NCBI GenBank assembly: GCA_002633005.1
Contig: NMRA01000162.1
Location: 365,632-429,631 of the forward strand
Source of the DNA: Phoronis australis
Lineage: Eukaryota; Animalia; Phoronida
Length of the DNA stretch: 64,000 bases
Direction of reading: 5' to 3'
Shown here one piece after another: positions 25,037 to 36,761 of the stretch (position 1 is its first letter; the number at the start of each line of letters is the position of its first letter). Both the position numbers and the translations under genes were made by a program. The notes beneath the pieces were generated by a model that worked only from the letters and a program-made list of their open reading frames with translations, did no database searches and was not told the origin of the DNA.

Positions 25037-25203
25037 GTTGTCTATTGAGCACCACATCTTCGTTTATTACCCCTTTTATTTTCATTGGCGTCTGCTTCGC
25101 ACTTGCTGGAGTAATATGCTTACCTTTGAAGACTCTTCCGGTCATACCTGATGACATTACGCCAAGTGTTTCTGTAGAAACCGACAAAGACAATACCAAT
25201 TAA
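25037..25203 (+). CDS. SLC16/MCT-like terminal coding exon (TM12 and C-tail)
   Basis: Acceptor ttgcag|GT, phase 1. Reads GCLLSTTSSFITPFIFIGVCFALAGVICLPLK...DKDNTN, stop TAA at 25201-25203. Confidence 0.85.
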
Positions 25204-26167
25204 CGCACATTTATTGCCTTTGTGATATTATTAACCTTGATTCAAAGCTCGTGGCTCGAGCCCCAGGCAATTGTGTTATGCTGACCAAGAATCGTTGACG
25301 CTGGTAAACTGATCTTGCCATTCGCTTGTTTAGTGTGGTAAAATTAAAATGCCAAAATTAAAAACAATGATGATAATTAGGTCAGATTTACATATCTCCG
25401 TAAGCTACTATGCATTTCAAAACTTGTTACCTGGCTTTGAGCCTGGTCAATCCTTTTGAACACTGCGGAAGCATACAATTGGAGTTAACGTTGTCGATTA
25501 ATCAAACCACACAATTTTGTAAAAAAGTACAATGCTAAATTGCCCCCCGTTGTTACATGGATCGGAGAAAATTCACGACCAACAAATATTTTGAAAATGT
25601 AGCGTGACTGCTTTTCTATTCCAGTTACTGTGTCCTAATCGTTTCAACACAGTAGCCAGAAAGTCATCACTAAACAATCGATCTACAGTGCGTCACTTAG
25701 CCATTTTGCAGGAGACCAAGTGTCATACAACTGAATCCAGCACAAATGCTCAAACAAGTTGCACAAATTTATGGTTTTCGTGTGTGTGTGTACTGGTGGC
25801 ATTAAATTGTCAATGAAGGGTTTTCCTATTTGAGTAGGGACTACACAACTTATGTTTTAACATTAAGTTATGGTATGAATATTGTTATTGGTGTACATCT
25901 GAAGGTCTTTCATCGTGTCACCAAGGGGGACAATTCTTGTGCGTCCACATAGTTATACATGTATGTGGGTGGAGTATGCCGTCCGTCCGCACGTCCGGCG
26001 TCTGCTGCTGTAACTTCCAAGACCCTTGATGTACGTTCATGAAATTTTACGAGTATTTTTTATCATAAATGAGACGGCATGAGCGAATTTTCTGACGTAT
26101 CCAACAGCCGTTTGTCTCGATCTATATGAAGTCGTGAAAGTTTTGAGACATCCAGTTGAGGTAATGA

Positions 26168-27016
26168 GCAATTGAGTCAAATACTGGAACTTGCTTACTT
26201 GAGTTAGCGACGCTGCATCCGTCTCTCACGGACTTTAGCTTGACTAGTGGTGCTATAATGGTTCTGGCCAATAGGTGGTGTTTTAACCAGACGACGCGGC
26301 ATCGAGGTCAGGATGCATTTCCATAAGTGTGACAGACGGAACCCTAGTCCACTCAAGTCAAATTTGACTCGAACCATCCTCTCATCCGCAAGCTGGGTGT
26401 GATTCGCGCTTCGAACTACAAAACTAGCACCATCATTTGTGCGGATCCTTCGGCCATTTCTGAGTAACTGAATTACACCAAGGAGGCTCTTGGCAAATGC
26501 GATTATCCACCTTGGTCGTTCGCCAAAGGACAAAGATCAGAGATGAGAAGCGTCAACTCTCAGACAACCACCACGGCGGGTGTTGACTCACACGGACTGT
26601 CGGAAGAGGACATTTAAACAGTTTGAAATTTCCAGCCACAAACCGTTTAATTCTCAGTGGAAGGAGACTCCTATGGGTATCATGTGTAGTCTATGGTGTT
26701 CAGTGCCAAGAGCCACAGTGCTCGGACAGCTACATGTATAAGGTGAAACGAAACAGTCCTTAAAAATGTCACAATTTCGTCGCCCTATAATTATGGGGAC
26801 ACAGGTGCCACCATTTTAATACTGATGATGACACTATTATAGACTGCGAGGAAGATTGGTTCAGAAGGAGTGTTAAAGAAGCTCTCGACGAACGTATCGA
26901 GAGCGCCTCTCTGAACAAGCAAGGGGTATTAAGGTTTCATCTGTCACACTTATGTGATAGTGTCCTGACTTGAGATGCCGCGTCAAGTAAGCAAAGTCCA
27001 GTATTTGACTCAAAAT
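26168..27016 (+). mobile_element. Penelope-like element (Poseidon-type), 5'-truncated, with inverted pseudo-LTR
   Basis: Plus strand reads FDSNHPLIRKLGVIR..EALGKCDYPPWSF (RT thumb), VVYGVQCQEPQCSDSY-GETKQSL (GIY-YIG) and EEDWFRRSVKEAL..SLNKQGVLRFHLS. 26168-26350 is an inverted copy of the 3' end at 26927-27016. Confidence 0.85.
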
Positions 27017-27496
27017 TTCTGTGTTTTGCCTCAGTGTTTTCGGTGTTCCTTAACGTATTTTCATGAAATTGTGCGAAATTGTGTGTATTAGGAAGATGAC
27101 ATCACCTTCATGTTTTCGAATTGATTTTGGCGTATTTTGCGCCATCTGGTCTCATTTGCTGTTCGCCAAAAGACATTACGATCTTTGGTCCACCCCTCTA
27201 TAGGCCAAACCACTGTCAGGGTGGTGATGAAAATTGACTCATATGTTCCTGCTACAAGTAGAGGACTGCTAACAATGATTTTCGGACAGCTCCAACCACA
27301 CTGGCTCCACCTAGAGGCAGTGTTTTTTTGCGTCCATGACTGTATCTCTTAACACTACCAAAAAGTGTTTAATGTCTCAACGCCAACTCGTTACAATAGG
27401 GCAAATGTCGTCTTCCATAACGTTTGACAAAATACAATTGTTAAAAACCATCAGTATACAGAAATTTATTCATATAAACTCGGATGCCATCTACTG

Positions 27497-27600
27497 AGGA
27501 GGCTGTGTAACCTAGTGTGATAGGTGACCGCTTACTCTCTCGAGGTAGTGGATTCGAGTCCCACTGGTACACTCTGCTAGACCCTTGAGTCAGGTCTCTA
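27497..27600 (+). repeat. tRNA-derived SINE head
   Basis: Box A-like TGTAACCTAGTG and box B GGATTCGAGTCCC, followed by ACCCTTGAGTCAGG, which resembles conserved SINE cores. Confidence 0.55.
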
Positions 27601-28779
27601 GCTCTTCAGCTCTCTTTTAGCTATACAGTACATTAATAAGGCCAAAAATGTGCAGTGTGCACACCTCTGTTCTTTATAATTTTCGAATTTTTTATAACGA
27701 AGTTATGGAGAGCAAACACGTCTTTCCAATTGCCGTGCCTGTCAGTTTTCACGGCCCACTTGCATTGTTTTCAATATAATTGTAGCATTGGTCAAGTTAA
27801 TTTATTCAACTGGCAAGAAAAAATTAATTTCGCCGCTTTGTTACGCCTGTCTTAGTCGGGAATTAATAAGGACGATTTCATAAATTGAACTGGAACTTCA
27901 TAGAACTGTGTCAATACGCAATTATTCAGATTGAAAATTCATTCAAATTATCAATTGTGTCAATGACTGAGCTAACAGCAGATATTTCATATTCAAAGAG
28001 CATCAACGTTGTATACTGTATTCTGATTTGCTGTTCATTTATTACATTTTTTGCGAGCTGGTTGACATAGGAAATATATACAGTCAGTGCAAGCAGACAC
28101 ATCGGTTTCCCATCCGTTTATATTTGTCAATCGGCGTGTGTGGGAAACTGACACAAATCTTGTTGTAAATGACGTTAAAAACTATCTAAAAGTCAACTTT
28201 AAACAACAAATTTAGCTCAGTTGTTGGTCGATAACTCCCTTCTCCTGGAGTTTTATGGTCATAAAGATATCGACTTTACTAATACTCGAACCATGGCAAT
28301 AGTTATTGAATATCATTCGTGTACAGTTTTCCGAAATCAACACATTCTTTCATGCCGTCTCTAAGAGGGTCCCTGATGATGAAATCAATCGTAATTCTTT
28401 TCTTTTTCAAATCATGTTTCTTAAATATCACTGAACCTTCTCTCTTGTGTGGACCTTCTTAAAAAGTCGAGAGGCTGTTCGAGGAAAATTTCCCAATTTG
28501 TCCTGGAATTGGGGAACAACTTCGGACTACCAATACAAGAACTAAGGGGTCGTGAGGGATGGAGGACAATTTTCATTTGACTTGAAGCACCCTGAAATGG
28601 TACCTAAACCTAAATCTCACTGGGCTGTGACTATTCATGCCCAAGTTATGAAGAGGTGTTCAACGTATCTTTAATTTTTTCCCAAGGGATCGCAATTTCC
28701 TCGCGTGATTTGCAGGGCCTGTCACCCGTGTTGTAATAATTTGCAATTTCTGGACATCATTTACAAGGATCAGTAATCA

Positions 28780-29039
28780 AGAGGTACCGTATTTTCTTTA
28801 GGATGTAACTTAATAAAGTTTACGAACATTTGGAAATTGAGATTTTATAAACAAAACTTTTGGCTAGTATGATCAACAGATTAATGTTTTACTTTTCCGA
28901 CTAAGTGTTTCCAAAAAACATTGTTATTTTATCCACATGAAAAGTTACATGATATGTTTGTTTTAACCACTCAGCAAACAGGAGACAAGACGATATTCCA
29001 AAAACAGATGGAGAAAAGTTTTACTGTGTTCACCACAGA
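28780..29039 (-). pseudogene. L1/Tx1-like LINE 3' fragment, distal half of a split zinc-finger region
   Basis: CGEHSKTFLHLFLE joins in frame to DLCSF at 33777 once the Academ insertion is removed. The left boundary is approximate. Confidence 0.75.
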
Positions 29040-32000
29040 TAGTCCAGGTCCTTAACCCAAAAACGTTTACACCTCGGATTAAAGCACCAAATTTGGCACA
29101 CTGGTACTTTTTGACATGCTGAATCTCATGGGGGTCGGTTGCCCAAATGTTGAGGTCAAGGTCAAGGTCAAACCTTGAAAAACAAAATGGCCGCCAAGTA
29201 ACACTTCTTTGGTTGCTTAAAGAGGTGATCACACATTTTAAGGCTAGGTAATGGTACTTTCTTAACTAGAATTCTATCAAAATGACATTGCAATATATTT
29301 TCCTTATAATATGAAAACCCCTCATTTGCATAAATCCAATATGGCGGCCAAAATTTAACGAACCAACTACAATTTTTACAAAAGCATCTATTTTGATCTG
29401 GTGCAAGACTAATAATACAAAAACAAATAGGTTCTCTTACCAAAAATGAACTCGATTTATCATTAATTTGTACAATTATTATGAAAATTCGGTTGATGTT
29501 ATGATAAAGAGACCAATATATGCATAGCACTTGACAGACTACCAAAAACTCGGAGGCCAGCTTTGATAAATGACGTTAATATGCTTGTTCTAGATCCTGT
29601 CTACATAATATAAACCGATTGTCAATTGCTTATAATATCAACACAATAAAACGGATTAATGTCAAATTGTCACTGTAGCTCACATAATTCAATTAACCGT
29701 GACACTATCATCTGTTCCTTTGCGCCAAAACGAACCACGATGTCACTGACATGTTCCCTGGCATTTGCTAAGCGTTGTGCATGCTAAGGAATCACATCCA
29801 CGTCACTTGCCGCATAGTTGTAAGTTCTTGCAACCACACATAATGAGCAGCTTACCAGCTTTGGAGACTTCAGGCATGTCTGTCCAGCCTGGTGTCCATT
29901 GTTGGTCTGTGTCTCTCGACCATCCAAACCCCTCTGGACCCCTCTGCCGGCTTGATACAAGCATTTGTTAACATTCTTTATCAGTGGAGATTGGGTAAGC
30001 GATAAATTTGGCATGATCTGAACTTTTGGGGGAAAGCTTCTTTTGTAAAGTATTGACCTGGCTGGTTTTGTCTTTTCGATGATAAACGAGACATGTAAAT
30101 GTCATTTGTTTTGAACTCCTGACTGTCGATGGTGAGTTGCTGAAAGGAATTAAAATTGCCGGCATGAGAATGCCTGAGTAGCATCAGGGTTAGCTTTCCA
30201 TGTCTTCCATGCTGTTTTCTTTCCTTCTCCATAGAACTGGGATGTTGTATCCGACCCTGTTAAGGCATGAAACTGGTAGAGCTACACACAAATCGTACCC
30301 AAGCTGGTCAAACACGCTACTGGCAAAGAGCTCCCGCGCGTTCTTTCCAGCTTTAACCACTACCCGTACTAGAATTGCTGGCTGCAAAGCCTTAAACTGA
30401 TCAAAACGCCAATAAGAACGACCACAACATCAGTATCCACTGTAGTAACCAGTATTCTCAGATTACCTTTGATGAAACGTCTGCAATGTACAAGCCCATA
30501 GGGGTGTCCGACTCCTCATGATCGCACGGCGGTATGTCAGAACCAGAGGAAAGAACAGACTGGCCGTAGGTAACATATATATCTTGTTCTGGAGAACAGG
30601 CGATTGTCAAACAATTCCTCTTTATTCTTCGAGTTTTGCAAGAAATTCTGGAAGTTCAGACAGTCGCATTTGGGGTGAAACTTAGGCAAGGTCACCCGAA
30701 CCTCTATCAGCTTTTGCGGTGGCCTTCAAGCTGCCTTCGGTGTAAGCATCTGCAAACACAATGTCAACTCTACTACAGTTGTGAAGTTTAGAATGTGCCC
30801 ACCGAACTGTTCGAATGTCACTGATTAGTGTGGAGAAAAGCTGTGCACAATAGCTGGTCGATCAAAGACTTTGACATCGACGGATTCAGGAACGTCTGGA
30901 TGAGGAAATTCCAACATGTTAAGTAACTGTGACTTCTGCGAAGGTAAACGGAGACTGCCGTTTTGGTTCAGGGATGGTGGCCAAGAATGATTCTCATGCA
31001 TAAGAAAATCATCCAGGTTAGCTTCTAAAAATTGACTAGCTACAAAAAGCTGACTAAGCTGCAGTCTTTCTTGATGTCATCCATGCGTTGCTGAGTTGCT
31101 CTTTTTGCCTTCCCGCTAGCTTTTTTGAAAACGGCATACTTGTTTTTTCTTTATAGGAGCCTTTATTGGTTGTGACTTTACAATTAGGACTGTTTGCTTA
31201 TAGTTGTCATATTGCTGTTTTCCAGTCACTTCGATAATCTGAAGACTTGTAGCGTATCTATCGTCATAAGTTTATCACCATGGACAAAGAAAGGGTTTCT
31301 CTTGGCTGAAATTACATCTTATACCACACAAACTGTTCACATGGTTTTTAAAGTTGTTCTGGAAGGATGTCCTGTCTTTGTGGTGGCTTGTCTCCTCACT
31401 ATTGTCTTCAAAACGCTATTGACAATCAAACTCAGTCACCAACCAGGCTAGCTCGTTCCCAAACACTACTCTGTCAAAGCGTTTGGATTTTCAGTTAATC
31501 CAATAGCCCCATCACTGTCTTTGACTAAGGCATTATTTTGTTGATCCGCTTGGTCAATTGCAATAGCACAGAATCTTTACTGTGTCTTTGAAAACACCCA
31601 GTGTTTCTTCAGATGTTGTCATACGTTAGCTGACATAGCTGTCATGTCTTGGATGTGGAAAGGGACCCATCTTGCATAATTTTGAAGGTCAAGAGCAAGG
31701 AAATAGAGCACAAGAAATTCAAGGACATCAATGTACAGTGGCAAGTTGCCTTCGCTATGAGCAAGGACGAACATCAAGATCAGTAAAATCACATTTCAGA
31801 AATCAAATTTTGGACTTCTTGTTTGGTTATCACTTTTCCAGCCGGAGAAAGATGTTGGTCGAAAACTTCACCTTCATTTCCCACAATAAGAAAGGGTTCT
31901 TCCTGAAGCTTTGCCAGAGATGTGCATGTCATTTTCGAGTCAAGTGCGAAGCTTGAAGAAAGGAATCAGCCCTATCAACTGTAGCCACTGAGGCCTGTGG

Positions 32001-33776
32001 CCAGAAGCAGGCAGTATGAATACGTCATAGTAATTTAACGAGAGCTGATGTATCGTTTCAGCTCAGGTAACCAGCCGTCTCCGAAACATTTCTATTAATT
32101 GTGCCTATGGCTTGTTATTCAGAAAATGTACGTTATCTCAACTGCTTTCAATAACGTTTTAGAACAATCTGTTGTCGGGCAATTACTAGTGGTGACTCTG
32201 GAGTAGGGCATTGCTTAAACAACTTGGCCTTGGGAAGAATCTACTGCGAAATCAAAGTGTAATTTTTGTAGATATTATTTATCGGAATAGGGCTGTTGGA
32301 AAAATTAGTCTCTTATGCCATATTAAACAACTTACATTGTATTTATGAGAATAGCTACTGTACTGATTTAAACAGGAAATCCATGCTCCTGTCTTCAGAT
32401 GTGCTGAAGTCCACCAAAAGTCATAACGCGAAATATTCGTGATAGAATCTTAGGGGTTACAGGGACTATAAACTTGACACGCTTTTATCAGCGATTTCAA
32501 TAGTCTATTACCCATTAGGGCTGTAGGGGCAATAAACATGAAAATTACGTCTGGCAATGGAACTTAACGCCATCAGGAAATGTGTATAGGCGTGAAATCG
32601 CATTTTACTCAAAGGTTTGTGGAAATCTCAGGAATTTCCACCTATTCGAAAATGAGGCGAGGTGTTTTGGGTCGGTCTATCACCACCAAACGCGATATGA
32701 TTATCTCCAATCAGTTAAATCAATTTAGGATATTTTCATATACATAGTTACTCAAAAAAGCACATACCTAAATTAGTAAATCTCATTCAAAATAACATTA
32801 CAAGAACAATGAACTGGAGGTCAACATCATGCGGGTCTCGACCTGATGTCACCTGCTTGGGTACTGTTGTCTGGATGAGCAAGGGTCAGCTTCTGTTGTT
32901 ACATAATATGTCAACACAACTAACTGGATGGACACAAATCTTAAAAATAGACATTGGTTTATAGGACATGTTCCTCAAGACAGTCATTATGCCTGGACCT
33001 GTTTTAAAGTATAGTGCAACAAGGGCTTCACCTTATTGTGATACAACAAGTAAAACCTGACTTTTTTATTTCATTCTACTGGAAACCATAAATGACCTAA
33101 ATTAATTTAATTGGTTTAGTTTATGTGACAATCAAGTTCAAACTAAAATATAAACTCATTAATTAACAAAGTTACCTTCAGCTATGATCAAATTAAAAAT
33201 GATGATAAAAGTTTCAGCAATTGTTCTTTGAAAATTTAGCAAGATGTCCGATTTCGTTTAATTACGGAGACGATTTGTTACATAATTAACCATAAATATT
33301 GTAACAAAAACATTTAAAAATGAATTTCTGTTAAAGGTAAAACATTTTAGAGTTGATTTAATGCATATTCATACTAGTTTGACAGTTTTTCTCAGCCAGA
33401 GAAAACAAATAGACTTATTTTTCATTGAAAATGTATATGCTCTATTAATTAGGATAATTATCATCTTAAGTGTCTGGAAAATTACTTTTTTACTTTTAAC
33501 TTAGTTCTACAAGTTATTAACATTAATTTTAAATAAAAATAAAGCCTCCTGTTTATCACCTGAAACAGTAATGAAACAGATATTTCGTCTGAAGCCATTT
33601 CAAAAAAATTACCCACATGACCTTTGACCTTGATTTGACCTTGGCCTTGACCTCAAATTTCGGGCAACCGACCCCCATGAGATTCAGCGTGTCCCAAAGT
33701 ATCTGCGTACCAAATTTGGTGCTTTAATCCGGGGTGTAAATGTTTAGGGATTTTTGGCTGCTAAGGGACCGGTCTA
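29040..33776 (-). mobile_element. Complete-ended AcademX-type DNA transposon with degenerate ORF
   Basis: AGA|TAGTCCAGG ... CCGGTCTA|AGA (3-bp TSD). Imperfect TIRs of ~130 bp contain GGATTAAAGCACCAAATTTGG..GCTGAATCTCATGGGGGTCGGTTGCCC. Minus-strand relics: LALDLQNYARWVPFHIQDM (~31690), CDHEESDT (~30520), FHALTGSDTTSQFYGEGKKTAWKTW (XPG-like H3TH, ~30270) and a Cys-rich tail (~29900-29760). Confidence 0.88.
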
Positions 33777-34075
33777 AGAAAGAGCATAAATCACTTGTTT
33801 TTAATTTAATATTATGCAAATAATTATTGGTTGGCAACATTATGTGAATTAAGCGGTATTGAAACCAACGCAATTTTGTATCTTTTGTACAATTGAAGGG
33901 GAATTTATTTACTTTTCTCCACCATGTATCAGGGTCAATAAAATTTACATTATTTATAACAACGTTTATATCTATCTTGCCATAATGGACGGCAGACCTC
34001 AACTTTAATAAAACCAAAATACGGACAATTTGTACTGAAAATGTTGACAAAAATGGCAAAATAAATTTTGATAAA
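33777..34075 (-). pseudogene. L1/Tx1-like LINE fragment (zf-RVT region), proximal half
   Basis: KDTKLRWFQYRLIHIMLPTNNYLHNIKLKTSDLCSF. Confidence 0.8.
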
Positions 34076-34500
34076 AACTATTTCGCCGGGCTCGGAACTG
34101 CAGCCGATGACCCGGTGCAGACCAATCGAGACCACGATCGCACTGAAAAAGACGAAGGCATGCCGTCCCCGGCTGTTTTATCGGAATAAATGGTTCAAAT
34201 CATGAATGCCGTATACATACAAGGATAGTTTCCGACACTAGTATAAAATTACAGTCTGCGCCAACGATTGAATAACAACCGGGGCCAACTATTGGCGCAT
34301 GAGACTAGGCTAAGCGTATTTTACTGGGTTTAATTAACTCTGGTAAACAAACAGTATAAACAGAACAGCGAACATGCTACACCAAATTATTGAACAAAAT
34401 TGTTATACAGTTACAATATCCTGGCAGTTAAACTTGAGAAAATATGGAAAATAACTTTAGATAGGCTCTGGAAGCTGTTTAAGGTTCTCTGGAGTAAAGG

Positions 34501-36526
34501 CCTTGTTCTACCGCATTCCCGAGAAAATCAAGAGTATAGTGAAGTCTTACTACAGCTCCTGTGTGATGCGTTTCACAGTCGGCAACTTCACTACCAAGTG
34601 GCAACACCTAGAGAAGAGAATTATGACGGGTTTTACAGTTTCAGTCATCCTTTTTATTATGGCAATGAACGTCTTGTTGAAGAGAGCCCAGTCTGAGCGG
34701 AGATGAAGTCAGACAGCCATCTTGCAGAGCTTTTGTTGATGACATTACGATAGTGACAGAGTCACCAGTGGGAGCCAGGACAATTCTCTGTTGCCTAGAA
34801 GAGCACACTAAATGGGCACGTATGTCATTCAAGGCAGAGCAGTCCAGATCATTAATAATCAGGAAAGGAGTGTTGCTCAAGAAACAGTCGTTTTCCATAG
34901 CAGGTTGCAGAATTCCAACAATCAGTGAGCAGCCAGTCAAGTGCTTGGGCAAGTACTATGACAGCAGCCTACGACACACGTCCCGAGTTAAAGACGTGAA
35001 AGCCCAGCTCAAGGTATCGCTTGAGATGATCGACAAAGATGGCATACCCGGAAGGTTCAAGCTTTGGTGCTATCACTTCATCTTGCTTATGTGGCCACTG
35101 CTTATTTACGACGTCACGTCATCCTCGGCAGAAGAAATGGAAAGGACAGCAAGCCGATTCATTCGAAGGTGGCTTGGACTACCCGCGTCATTCAGCAACG
35201 TCGGACTATACTGCAAGTCGTCAAAACTTGTCCTGCCAGTCTCATCTGTGGTAGAAGAATACAAAGTTACCGAAGTCCGAGCCAGCATCACTCTGAGGAA
35301 TACATCTGACCAGGCCATCAAGGGATGCAGTATCCAATCACGCACGGGAAGGAAGTGATTAACCACCTTCGCGTCAGTGAAAGAGAGAGTCGGCTGAGGA
35401 ACAGGCAGTTAGTAGGAACAGCTTGCCAGGGTAAGCAAGGGCTGGGCTACAAGACCGGTAAGCCAGCAACGGAAAGATCTAAAGACCCGGGCAGAGACAG
35501 AATAATCAGGGAGGTTAGATCATCAGAGAACGAAGAAAGGTACGCCCGAGCAGTCCATATGGGCCAACAGGGAGCATGGACCAAGTGGGACAAAGTCTTA
35601 CAAAGGGAAGTCAAGTGGGCTGATTTGTGGAAGATGTCTCCTCTGAAAGCCAAATTCCTCATTAGATCTGTTTACGACGTACTGTCTACTCCCAGCAGCC
35701 TTGCTATTTGGGGCCTTGCTGACAACACGAGCTGTATTCTGTGTGGACGCAGATGTACGTTAGAGCACATCCTATCCTCTTGCAGTGCGTTCTTGGCATC
35801 AGGAAGATACACTTACCGACACAACCAGGTAGTGAAAGTTTTTGCAAGGTTGTTGGTCGACGAGATCAAAAGCAAACCGAAGCCAAGAAGCAACCGCATC
35901 GAATTCATAAATTTCATAAGAAGTGGTGATGAGGCGAGTAAAAGGAAGACCCCAGCGCAGAAAGGCATCCTGCACATAGTCAACGACTGGAGAGTGTGGG
36001 CAGACCTTGCCGGTCACCAGTAATTCTTCCCTCAACACATTGTCCAGACGACCCAGCGCCCTGACTTGGTTATTTACTCAGACAGTTCCCACCAGGTTAT
36101 CTTGATTGAGCTCACAATCCCGTGGGAGAGTAGGGTGGAAGAGGTACACGAGTGAAAGAACTTGAAGTATGCAGACCTTAGGAATGACTGCCATGTTAAC
36201 GGCTGGAGATGTTGGAGTTTTTCTGTGGAGTTCGGCTGCCGGGGTTTTCCGACCAGTTCGGTCATTCCCATGGCGAGGTGCCTTGGCGTCTCCGTGTCGG
36301 AAAAGAAGGCTCTGCTACGCGACGTAGCCTCTAAAGCTGAACAGGCATCTTGTTGGATTTGGATGAAATACCAACACCAACACCACCAACAACCGTCAAA
36401 CAGAGTCTGATCAACTCTGTTGCCCCGCCTACTAGAGATGATCTTGGTTTAGGGACGAAACCATTAAGGACAGTAGGAGACCAAATGAAGATGACGGTTG
36501 AGCACAGTTCCATCAAGTGCTTAAAG
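34501..36526 (+). mobile_element. HERO-like RLE-type non-LTR retrotransposon, 5'-truncated and degenerate; 3' UTR resumes at ~42577-42630
   Basis: RAFVDDIT, EQPVKCLGK, PGRFKLWCY, RRWLGLP, QGAWTKW, YDVLSTP, CILCGRRCTLEHILSSC (CCHC), GRYTYRHNQV, RPDLVI..ILIELTIPWE (PD-D/ExK-type RLE) and KYADL. Several stops and frameshifts. Confidence 0.85.
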
Positions 36527-36761
36527 TTTTTTTTTTCACTGTGATATATATTTATTGAAGGATACACAGAACATACAAAGAAATAATAACAAACCCAGAA
36601 ACCGCGAAGCATTATATCTGGGTTGTAAACAATTCATAAATGAAACTTATATACATAGAGATATATACAATTAAGTAGTATCTAAAATAAGTATTCCAAT
36701 ACTTAGACATGCTATTACAGATATATAAAAACAAAAATATTTACAGATTCATGTAGGGAAA

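Noticed and set aside
24814-25203. Stand-alone 129-aa membrane protein ORF
   Set aside because: Only 25037-25203 is coding (last MCT exon). The rest is intron read-through.
36440-36500. Hammerhead ribozyme in the HERO 3' UTR (GACGAAAC...TGAAGATG)
   Set aside because: No intact CUGANGA box or convincing stems.
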